Shown here: positions 11,122 through 20,182 of the stretch, in pieces
Numbering within the stretch: position 1 is the stretch's first letter
Layout: every line of letters starts with the position of its first letter
Origin: Nostoc sp. DedSLP01
GTDB taxonomy: Bacteria; Cyanobacteriota; Cyanobacteriia; Cyanobacteriales; Nostocaceae
DNA: 64,000 nt
NCBI GenBank assembly: GCA_034530875.2
Contig: JAVRCJ020000013.1
Coordinates: forward strand, 144,608 to 208,607
Direction: 5' to 3'
Program-made: the position numbers and the translations under genes
The notes under the pieces: model-generated
Databases searched by the model: none
What the model was told of the DNA's origin: nothing
The model's input: only the letters and a program-made list of their open reading frames with translations

Positions 11122-11544
11122 TTAAAACATCAGGCTGTGTTTGTCATCCCAGCACTTATCATCATACCAATCTCTGCCGGTGTGTTCGCACTCCAACTTA
11201 TCAGTAATCCAGGGAATAGATGTAGGATAAACATTAGAAGATGACATAAAAGAACTCATTGAAGAAAGAAGATAAAATATCAGCATAAAACTAGAGGTTG
11301 AGAGAATAATTAAAGCTCCTAAAGAAATCGTAGAATTCAGAGGAGTGAATAAAGGATTTGTAGGTTTTTGAGACTGTAATTTCTGTTGATTGCGACGTTC
11401 TATACCTGCTAAAGACATTATCTTAAAACTCCTAATTGTATTGAAAAGTTTGAGAAATACAGAATTCATAATCGAATTTTCTACTATTGGCAGATGTCGA
11501 TCGGGATTTAAGCCTGAATAAATTGAATATTTGGTGGTTTTCAA
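11122..11544 (-). CDS. Small membrane-anchored hypothetical protein with a C-terminal two-Cys motif
   Basis: One hydrophobic segment followed by WITDKLECEHTGRDWYDDKCWD. Start codon uncertain. Confidence 0.5.
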   Translation of the reverse strand: MKTTKYSIYSGLNPDRHLPIVENSIMNSVFLKLFNTIRSFKIMSLAGIERRNQQKLQSQKPTNPLFTPLNSTISLGALIILSTSSFMLIFYLLSSMSSFMSSSNVYPTSIPWITDKLECEHTGRDWYDDKCWDDKHSLMF

Positions 11545-12184
11545 TTAGTGGTGTATCTGAATCTGCCAGTAATTAATTATGAATTTTGAATGCTGCATTA
11601 TTATTCAAAACATAAAGGATAGATGCTGATTTTAGCCCTGTTGTTGGATTTTGATTTTTCTCTCAATCCAAAATAATTTAGTAATGTTACAAGGTTTTAT
11701 TTTATTTATAGTGCCTTGCGTTTACATAAATTTATTATTCCGGTTTTGTAGAAAAAAATAATCCAGGAAAAACAGGAAATTTTTGATTTATTTATTTGAG
11801 AGAATTTACTTTGATAGTAATTTGGGATTTAATCAGAAATACTGAACCGCCACTCTGGGATTATCTGTAAGTTCGAGGAGATGTATAGCAGGATGATACA
11901 GAAAACAACTAATTAACAAAACCTCAATAGCCATCTGGCTGATGATTAAAATCATTACAGCCCTTCTAAAACAAAGGTTCTGACAGTGTTGTTGTAACTG
12001 TTAGTAAATAAATTTGCACTTAGAAAATCTACTGAAAGCTTTCAGTCAGTCGTTCAGTACGATCGCGAAACTGATTTGTGCATACTACGCAACAGAAAAG
12101 CGCAGTCAAAATTTAAGCTCTGTATCAATTTGGCTAAATTATTGAAAATCACACAGATTAACCTTTTTTTGGGAAGTATAAACA

Positions 12185-12316
12185 TACAGCAGGTTGCAAC
12201 TAAATGAGGTACACAACTGGAAAATTAAATATAGAAATTCTTCTTCTACCTCCTGCCCCCTGCCTCCTGCCTCAGAACCAGTTAATTTGTACCTCATGCA
12301 AATCAAAACTGCTGTA
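12185..12316. repeat. Dispersed inverted-repeat (MITE-like) element; related copies at ~570-848 and ~4383-4458
   Basis: TACAGCAG...TGAGGTACA / TGTACCTCA...CTGCTGTA ends around CCTGCC-type heptamer repeats. Confidence 0.6.
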
Positions 12317-12519
12317 AGTGAGGCATTTCGGCTGTTATACCAATTCACTAAAAGTTTGAAACAGATCCAAATTTAGAAACCCTTGTAAAATAAGGATTTC
12401 TTAATTTTGAATTTTGAATTGGTATTATGCCCTCATTTCGTTATCGAGGGTGGCCTCGGTTTTGATTATCAAGGCTAGAAAAATTTTTTGAAGCGCGATC
12501 GCATTTGTATTTTTAATTT

Positions 12520-15500
12520 ATGAGCCATCCTTCTTGCTTCACGATCCTAATAATTGACGATTGCGCTGAAGATCGCGAAGCATGTTGTCGCTTTTTACAG
12601 CAAGACAGCCTGTATACCTATCGCACTTTACAGTTTGAGTCGGCAACACAGGCAATGCAATGGTGTCAGCACGAGATTCCAGATATTATTTTGCTGGATT
12701 TTGTATTGTCTGATGGAGATGGGCTGAAGTTTATCGAGCAATTTCGGCAACGTCATGGCAATACTGAAACTGCTGTAATTCTACTGACAGCGCCAGGAAA
12801 TGAAACTACTGCTGTCCGTGCCATCAAAAGTGGCATCCAGGATTATCTTGTCAAAGATCGGCTCACGGTTGAAGTTCTGCAAGGTGCAATTCATCATGCC
12901 CTCGAACGGATGCATCTGACCCGACAGTTGGAACAAAGCCACGAACAACAACAACTAATTGCCACTATCGCCTTACGCATTCGTCAGTCTCTGCAACTAG
13001 AAGAAATTCTGCGTACCACAGCCACAGAAGTGCGGCAGTTTTTGAAAGCAGACCGAGTACTTGTCTATCAATTTCAGCCGGATATGAGTGGCACGATTGT
13101 GGCGGAGTCGGTGCTTCCCGGTTGGACGGCGATTATAGGAAGGCAAATTTCCGACACCTACTTTCAACACAGAGGCTGGAGAGACTATGGCCAGGGAAAA
13201 AAACGAGCGATAGAGAATATTTATCAGGCTGAATTAAATACTTGTCACGTCCATCTCCTAGAACAATGGGAAGTTAAAGCCTATGTGGTAGTGCCTATTT
13301 TGGTTGCAAATCAGTTATGGGGATTATTAATTGCTCACCAATGTAGTGCATCCCGTCACTGGCAAGCAGTAGAACTGGAATTATTGGAGCAGCTGGGGGT
13401 GCAAATAGCGATCGCTATTCAACAAGCGAGTGCCTATCAGCAACTACAAGCAGAACTTGCAGAACGCCAACGCACACAAGCAGCCCTCAAAGCCAACAAA
13501 GAGAAACTCAAGCTCACTTTAAATTTTGCTGGTATTGGCTATTGGGAGTGGAACCCAGTTACTAATCGAATATTTGCCAGCCAGAATGCAATTCACTGTT
13601 TTTGCTCCCAGCAAAGTGATGTGGAGTTGAGTCTTGAGCAGTGGCTAACTCAGGTACATCCAAAAGACCGAGAATCGGTTGAGCAAGAACTCAAACAGGC
13701 GATCGCATCACAAACTGATTATGCTGTCGAATACCGAGCCACCTGTCAAGATGGCAGCATTCACTGGGTATCCGTAAAAGGACGCGGAGTTTATGACGCA
13801 ACCGGACAACTGCTGCAAATGTTGGGCGTATTGATGGACATTACAGAACGCAAACTCTCAGAAGAGCAACGGCGGCGGGCAGAGATGCTGGGAATGGAAT
13901 TACATTTTCTCGAGCAGATTCTCGAAGTCGGCCTAGCAGGTTACTGGGACTGGGATATTCCGGGCAAACAGCAGTATTTTAGCTCAACCTTCAAGCAGAT
14001 GTTCGGCTATGAAGATGGGGAGTTAGTGAATATAACAGAAACTTGGCAAAGTCTGATTTTTCCAGAGGATTTACCAAGTATGTTGGAACTTTTCGAGCGA
14101 CATGTTCAAAGTCGCGGAGAAATACCTTATTACAACGAAGTGAGATATCGGCATAAAGATGGGTCTACCGTTTGGGTAATTTGTTCGGGTCGCGTCATTG
14201 CCTGGGATGAAGATGGTAACCCCCTCCGCATGGTTGGTTGCCACATTGACATTACAAAACGCAAACAAACAGAAGCCCAGCTAATAGCCATCAATAACTT
14301 GCAACAAGCGATTTTAGATGGCAGTGACTATGCAATTATTTTCAACAACTCAAATGGCATTCAAACCTTCAACACTGCGGCTCAAAAAATGTTGGGCTAC
14401 ACAGCAGACGAGGTGATTAATAAAGTCAGCCCAAGCACCTTTCACGACCCGGAAGAACTCAAACAACGAGCAGCAGCACTTTCATGGGAACTCGGTAGGG
14501 AAATCGCACCTGGTAGAGAATTTTTTACTACCGTGACTGAAGATGGAAGCACCTATGAAGACGAATGGGTGTACATTCGTAAAAATGGCTCTCGCTTTCC
14601 TGTATCGCTGTTAGTGAAAACCCTAAAGGATCTAGAAGGACACAACATCGGATTTTTGGGTATTGCCAAAGATATTACCCGACAAAAACAAATAGAGACA
14701 GCCCTCAGAGACAGCGAACGCCGTTATGCAACTTTAACAGAAGCAGCTCCTGTGGGAATTCTCAGGCTTGATACTACTGGTCAATGCATCTATGCCAATG
14801 ATTGCTGGAGCAAGATTACAGGTAGACCGACACAGATGGCATTGGGAATGGGGTGGTTACAGGGTTTGCATCCAGAAGACCGCCATCGCCTGTTCAAGGA
14901 ATGGTCTCAAGGGTTTTTAAAGATTTGCCAAGAAAGCAGGTATTTACATCCACATAATAGTGTCACTTGGTTTTACGTCCAGGTACTACCGGAAACCAAC
15001 CGTTTTGGTATTGTTATTAGCTATATCTGTACCTTAACGGACATCACCGAACGCAAACAAGCAGAAGCAGCCTTACAGGAGAGCGAACACCGCTATGCAA
15101 CATTAGCAAAAGCTGCTCCTGTTGCTATTTTCCGGTTTGACATGGTTGGTAACTGTGTTTATGTCAACGATTATTGGAGCGAACTCACGGGTAGACCAAT
15201 AGAGGCAGCGATGGGGATGGGGTGGGTAGAAGCACTACATCCAGACGATCGCGATCGCATTGTTAAGGAATGGCATGAAGCAGACTTCGGGTCAAGAGAA
15301 ATTTTTTGCAACGAGGGTAGGCATTTGCGCCCAGATAGCAGTATTAGCTGGTTTTACTGCCACATCCTACCCGAAACTAACACTAATGGTAACATTATCG
15401 GTTATATCGGGACGCTAACGGATATTACCATTCGCAAAGAAGCAGAAAAACAGCTACTTCACTTCTCAGAAAGACTCAGTTTAGCACTGCGTTCCGGAGG

Positions 15501-18204
15501 TTTTGGCATCTGGGAATATGATTTTGCCCAAGGAAGACAAATTTGGGACGACCGGATGCACGAACTGTATGGGTTTAAGCCTGGAGATTTTCCCGGTAGC
15601 TATGATGCTTGGTGGAACTGCCTGCATCCGGAGGATCGAGATTATATGTTGGCAAGTATGAAGCAAGTTATAGAAGGAAAACAAGAATATAATGTAGAAT
15701 TTCGCATCATTGAGCCTAGTGGCAAAATTCGTTATCTTAAAGCCTACGGCATTCTCAATTACAACGAGCAGGACGAACCTGTACGGATAATTGGGGTGAA
15801 TTTTGACATCAGCGAAAGCAAACAAGCCCAACAAGAACTCATCCGCAATCGGGATTTGCGAGAAGCCATATTTAACGAATCTGCCGATGCGATGTTTTTA
15901 GTCGATCCCGATAGATTGCTGACTCTGGATTGTAATCGCCGCGCAGTGGAATTATTTGAGGCGGTTGACAAAACTCAATTAATCGATATTAATGGGCAGT
16001 CACTCCAGCGTCGTCCATTCACCGCCAGCGAAACAGATGCCATCGTCGCAGACATGCAGTCTAAAGGTTTCTGGAGCCGAGAAATTGAATATGTGACGCT
16101 TCAAGGTCAGATTTTCTGGGGAAATATTGCAGCCAAGCCAATTACTGTAGCCGGACGTACCATGAATATAGTACGGATAACTGATATCAGCGATCGCAAA
16201 CAGGCACAAGAGGCTCTGGCGAAATATGCCCATGAGGTTGAAGATCTTTACAATAATGCTCCTTGTGGCTACCATTCCCTTGATAGCGAAGGCCGATTGA
16301 TTCAGATCAACGAGACGGAATTGCAATGGTTAGGCTATAACCGTGAGGAAATGATTGGCCAGCCCTTGGTGAATTTTTTCACCCCAGACGGCCGTTTGAC
16401 CTTCGCGCACAACTATCCTCGCTTCAAAAAGCAAGGCTGGGTAAAGGATTTGGAGTATGAAATGATTTGTAAAGATGGCACAGTCTTTCCTGTGTTGATT
16501 AGTGCCACTGCCGTTAAGGATGCTGATGGCAACTATTTATATAGCCGCACCACTTTATTTGATATTCGCGAACAGCAAGCTGCGCTGCGGGAACGCGAAC
16601 GAGCCGAAGAAGAACTGCGGCAGACAAATCAGCAGCTTATTCACACTAATATTGAACTTGCCCGCGCCACTCGCCTCAAAGATGAATTTTTAGCAAACAT
16701 GAGTCACGAGTTGCGAACACCTCTCAATGCCATTTTGGGGATGTCAGAGGGCTTGCAGGAAAGTGTCTTTGGTTCGATTAATGAGCGACAAGTAAAAGCG
16801 ATCGCCACCATTGAACGTAGCGGTAGACATTTACTCGAACTGATTGATGACATCCTCGATTTGTCTAAAATCCAATCTGGCAAATTGGAACTGCAATTGA
16901 GTGAGGTTTCAGTCAGGAGTTTGTGTGATGCCAGCCTCGCTTTCGTCAAGCAGATGGCGTTAAAAAAGAATATTCGCCTCAATACTCAAGTTTATGGCAA
17001 TATTGGCAGCATCCAAGCAGACGATCGCCGCTTACGTCAGGTACTCATCAACCTGTTGAGCAATGCTGTCAAGTTCACCCCAGAAGGAGGCTCTGTCACC
17101 CTAGAAGTTGTGGTGGAAAAGGCAGGCAAAACAGGCGAAAACCTTTGCTTTTATATCACTGACACTGGTATCGGCATCGCAGCTGAAGATATCGGCAAGT
17201 TATTTCAGCCTTTCATCCAGCTTGACAGTAGCCTTAACCGCCAGTACAGTGGCACTGGTCTAGGTTTGGCACTGGTGCAGCAAATTGCCAATTTGCATGG
17301 AGGAACGGTTTCAGTTAGCAGTCAAATTGGCGAGGGAAGTTGTTTTAGCGTCCGCATTCTCTACCTTCCCAGCGATAACCTGCCAACAAAGCACCTCGCT
17401 ACTTCATTACCTAGCCATCGCTTAAGTGCTGAGAATGCTCAAGTTTTAATTATCGAGGATTCTGTTGCCGCCGCCGATCAAATTACTCGCTACTTAAGCG
17501 AAATGGGAATGCAACCCATCATCTATCCTCAAGGTGAAGGAGCCGCAGAAGAAGTGTTGAGGGTTCAGCCTGCTTTAGTGATTCTAGATCTGCAACTGCC
17601 AAATCTGTCTGGTTGGGACGTCCTAGATCGACTCAAGAGCAACCCAAAAACCAGAGATATTCCAGCGATCGTGATTTCAGTAGTGGATGAGCGTACTAAA
17701 GGACTCGCTCAGGGAGCATTTGAATATTTAGTGAAACCGATTACCCGCGCTCAACTGCAAGCAACTATAGATAAACTGCAATATCCTCCCCGTTCTGAGC
17801 AGCAAAATTCAATTTTAGTGCCAGAAGCAGCTATCGGCACTCCTTTGATTTTATTAGCAGAAGATAATCAAGCAAATATTGATACAATATCAGGTTATCT
17901 TGAAAGTCGAGGATATCGTCTGATTCTGGCAAGCAATGGACAACAAGCTATTGACTTAGTTCGAGTTCAACGTCCCGACTTAGTTGTAATGGATATTCAA
18001 ATGCCGGGAATGGACGGATTAGAAGCAATGCGCCGCATCCGTAACGACCTGCAATTTGTAGATCTGCCGATGATTGCACTAACGGCCTTAGCTATGCCAG
18101 GCGATCGCGAGACTTGTTTAGCGGCCGGAGCTAATGAATATTTGATTAAACCGATAAAACTGAAACAGCTTATGACCACAATTCAACAACTTTTAAAAAG
18201 GTAG
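12520..18204 (+). CDS. Giant hybrid histidine kinase: REC, cyanobacteriochrome-type GAF, multiple PAS, HisKA, HATPase, REC, REC
   Basis: GAF with DRVLVYQF, DTYFQ and TCHVHLL (bilin Cys-His). Repeated HPDD/HPED PAS-PAC units. SHELRTPL H-box and two C-terminal receivers. Confidence 0.9.
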   Translation: MSHPSCFTILIIDDCAEDREACCRFLQQDSLYTYRTLQFESATQAMQWCQHEIPDIILLDFVLSDGDGLKFIEQFRQRHGNTETAVILLTAPGNETTAVRAIKSGIQDYLVKDRLTVEVLQGAIHHALERMHLTRQLEQSHEQQQLIATIALRIRQSLQLEEILRTTATEVRQFLKADRVLVYQFQPDMSGTIVAESVLPGWTAIIGRQISDTYFQHRGWRDYGQGKKRAIENIYQAELNTCHVHLLEQWEVKAYVVVPILVANQLWGLLIAHQCSASRHWQAVELELLEQLGVQIAIAIQQASAYQQLQAELAERQRTQAALKANKEKLKLTLNFAGIGYWEWNPVTNRIFASQNAIHCFCSQQSDVELSLEQWLTQVHPKDRESVEQELKQAIASQTDYAVEYRATCQDGSIHWVSVKGRGVYDATGQLLQMLGVLMDITERKLSEEQRRRAEMLGMELHFLEQILEVGLAGYWDWDIPGKQQYFSSTFKQMFGYEDGELVNITETWQSLIFPEDLPSMLELFERHVQSRGEIPYYNEVRYRHKDGSTVWVICSGRVIAWDEDGNPLRMVGCHIDITKRKQTEAQLIAINNLQQAILDGSDYAIIFNNSNGIQTFNTAAQKMLGYTADEVINKVSPSTFHDPEELKQRAAALSWELGREIAPGREFFTTVTEDGSTYEDEWVYIRKNGSRFPVSLLVKTLKDLEGHNIGFLGIAKDITRQKQIETALRDSERRYATLTEAAPVGILRLDTTGQCIYANDCWSKITGRPTQMALGMGWLQGLHPEDRHRLFKEWSQGFLKICQESRYLHPHNSVTWFYVQVLPETNRFGIVISYICTLTDITERKQAEAALQESEHRYATLAKAAPVAIFRFDMVGNCVYVNDYWSELTGRPIEAAMGMGWVEALHPDDRDRIVKEWHEADFGSREIFCNEGRHLRPDSSISWFYCHILPETNTNGNIIGYIGTLTDITIRKEAEKQLLHFSERLSLALRSGGFGIWEYDFAQGRQIWDDRMHELYGFKPGDFPGSYDAWWNCLHPEDRDYMLASMKQVIEGKQEYNVEFRIIEPSGKIRYLKAYGILNYNEQDEPVRIIGVNFDISESKQAQQELIRNRDLREAIFNESADAMFLVDPDRLLTLDCNRRAVELFEAVDKTQLIDINGQSLQRRPFTASETDAIVADMQSKGFWSREIEYVTLQGQIFWGNIAAKPITVAGRTMNIVRITDISDRKQAQEALAKYAHEVEDLYNNAPCGYHSLDSEGRLIQINETELQWLGYNREEMIGQPLVNFFTPDGRLTFAHNYPRFKKQGWVKDLEYEMICKDGTVFPVLISATAVKDADGNYLYSRTTLFDIREQQAALRERERAEEELRQTNQQLIHTNIELARATRLKDEFLANMSHELRTPLNAILGMSEGLQESVFGSINERQVKAIATIERSGRHLLELIDDILDLSKIQSGKLELQLSEVSVRSLCDASLAFVKQMALKKNIRLNTQVYGNIGSIQADDRRLRQVLINLLSNAVKFTPEGGSVTLEVVVEKAGKTGENLCFYITDTGIGIAAEDIGKLFQPFIQLDSSLNRQYSGTGLGLALVQQIANLHGGTVSVSSQIGEGSCFSVRILYLPSDNLPTKHLATSLPSHRLSAENAQVLIIEDSVAAADQITRYLSEMGMQPIIYPQGEGAAEEVLRVQPALVILDLQLPNLSGWDVLDRLKSNPKTRDIPAIVISVVDERTKGLAQGAFEYLVKPITRAQLQATIDKLQYPPRSEQQNSILVPEAAIGTPLILLAEDNQANIDTISGYLESRGYRLILASNGQQAIDLVRVQRPDLVVMDIQMPGMDGLEAMRRIRNDLQFVDLPMIALTALAMPGDRETCLAAGANEYLIKPIKLKQLMTTIQQLLKR

Positions 18205-18216
18205 TGAAAATTTTGG

Positions 18217-19287
18217 ATGGATACTCAACCTTCTATTTTAGTAATCGATGATGAACCAGATAACTTTGATGTTTTTGAAACTTTATTGGATGGGGAAAAC
18301 TATCAGCTATACTATGCTCCTGGCGGTCAACAAGCTCTCAATCGTCTCCATAGCTTTCAGCCCGACCTGATTTTACTGGATGTGATGATGCCCGATCTAG
18401 ATGGCATGGAAGTCTGCCAGCGCATCAAAGCCGATCCAAAATGGCAAGCGGTGCCAGTGATTATGGTGACAGCATTAACTGCAAAAGAAGATTTAGCTCG
18501 ATGTCTAGCGACGGGTGCTGATGATTTCATTAGTAAACCCGTCAATGGTGTGGAATTACGAGCCAGAGTTAATTCCATGTTGCGGATTAAACAGCAGTAC
18601 GACAGCTTACAAGTATTGCTTAACCTGCGAGAAGACATGGTAAATACTATCGTCCACGACTTGCGAAATCCTCTGACGAGTATTGTCTTAGCGGCTGAGA
18701 TTCTGCGATTTCCAAGTTTGTCACCAAAACAGCAGCAAGCAAAAATTGAGCAAATTTTACTTGCTAGCGGACAACTACAATCGTTGATTGATAGCTTGCT
18801 GCTCATGGCAAAGTTGGAATCTGGAAAAATGGTTCTCAATTATAGCGGAGTAGATCTTTATCGGCTGTGTATGTCAGCATTGAAAGATTTTGAAGCGATC
18901 GCTACCCAAAAGAATATTACCCTGATTAGTGAATTACCCGAACCGGGTGGCATTGTTGAAGTAGATGCTCTAATCTTTCGCCGAGTGCTGGATAATTTGG
19001 TTAGCAATGCCATTAAATTTTCACCACCAAACTCTCAAGTTACCTTGCGTGCAGAGTATTTGCCAGCCGGAGGCATAAAATTGCAAGTCGCTGACACAGG
19101 GAGAGGAGTTCCCCAAGAGTTACGAAAAGTTATTTTTGAGAAATATGAAGTCGGCACTCGCATGTCTGAAGTTTCCCAAATAGGGTTAGGATTGGCTTTT
19201 TGTAAAATGGCGATCGAGGCACACTGCGGCACAATTATCATCGAAGATAATTATGCAAATGGTAGTATTTTTACAGTCAGGATTTAA
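18217..19287 (+). CDS. Hybrid histidine kinase/response regulator (REC-HisKA-HATPase)
   Basis: ILVIDDE, DVMMP, HDLRNPL, NAIKFS, GLGL. Confidence 0.9.
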   Translation: MDTQPSILVIDDEPDNFDVFETLLDGENYQLYYAPGGQQALNRLHSFQPDLILLDVMMPDLDGMEVCQRIKADPKWQAVPVIMVTALTAKEDLARCLATGADDFISKPVNGVELRARVNSMLRIKQQYDSLQVLLNLREDMVNTIVHDLRNPLTSIVLAAEILRFPSLSPKQQQAKIEQILLASGQLQSLIDSLLLMAKLESGKMVLNYSGVDLYRLCMSALKDFEAIATQKNITLISELPEPGGIVEVDALIFRRVLDNLVSNAIKFSPPNSQVTLRAEYLPAGGIKLQVADTGRGVPQELRKVIFEKYEVGTRMSEVSQIGLGLAFCKMAIEAHCGTIIIEDNYANGSIFTVRI

Positions 19288-19409
19288 GCCTCGTTTGCCA
19301 TCTAACCATTTGCAGATTCCAAAAAATATTATTGTTATCAGGTTATTTATCAGTCTAGTTTTCTGTAATTAAAATTCAAGAATTATTGCTCAAATATGCT
19401 TGGCAAATT

Positions 19410-19886
19410 ATGAAAATTTTATTCATCTTAATTGCTCCAAAAGGAGCAGGTAAAAGTTATATAGGAAACTTAATTAATGCCCATACAGGAATCAAATTTC
19501 TTTCTGTTATCTATCGAAAAAATAGAAGAATACAATAAAATTGCTGCTGAGGTCAGCTATAAATGGGATTTAGTAATCAATACCTTTGCCAAAATAAGAG
19601 CCTACAAAAATTTTGGCAAAAACGGCAAAATGACTTATGTATAAGCGTTTAGCTCACAAGGTAGCTTGGAAGCTCAAACCCTTGATACTGCGGCAAGACA
19701 TTAAAAAATGCTTGCTGGAAACCTGGAAGGAATTTTTAGAACTTATTGTTTTTGCCAAACCGTTGAGAACAAGACGTTAATACATCAACTCAACCTCGTA
19801 AATTGGCGAAGGTATTGGTAATTGATAATAATACTCCTGCATCTGATTTAGAAATTATTAAAGCAATTCAGACTATTGAAGAATAA
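19410..19886 (+). pseudogene. P-loop (kinase/AAA-like) protein pseudogene with internal deletion and MITE insertion
   Basis: Starts MKILFILIAPKGAGKSYIG (Walker A-like), then frameshifts. Removing the MITE restores ...KWDLVIDNNTPASDLEIIKAIQTIEE-stop. Confidence 0.7.
19578..19817. mobile_element. MITE / internally deleted IS (240 bp)
   Basis: 15-bp TIR CAATACCTTTGCCAA / TTGGCGAAGGTATTG (1 mismatch). 5-bp duplication GTAAT at 19573-19577 and 19818-19822. Confidence 0.85.
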
Positions 19887-20022
19887 GAAAACTTCAAGAA
19901 ATAAAAATAACCGCTGTAAGTTACTAATTGTTTCTTGTTCTTATACTTTCACTCAAGCATATTAGTTGAACGCTAATACGGCACCAGTTAACGATTTAGG
20001 TGCGTTAGGCTACGCCATAACA

Positions 20023-20122
20023 CAATACGGTTCAGTTAACGTTTTAGTCTTCTTAAGATCCCCCCAACCCCCCTTAAAAAGGGGGTCGCCGTAGGCGGGG
20101 GGATCTTAACTGAACCGCATTG
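20023..20122. mobile_element. MITE (100 bp) with 10-bp target duplication
   Basis: TIR CAATACGGTTCAGTTAA / TTAACTGAACCGCATTG. CGCCATAACA at 20013-20022 and 20123-20132. GC-rich internal hairpins. Confidence 0.85.
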
Positions 20123-20182
20123 CGCCATAACACACCCTACAGATACTAAGATTTTTGCATAAATCAAATCGGACTCCTATCG

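Noticed and set aside
12520..19287. Numerous short antisense ORFs in the kinase genes (also within the nif genes)
   Set aside because: Shadow frames of long genuine genes with no independent evidence.
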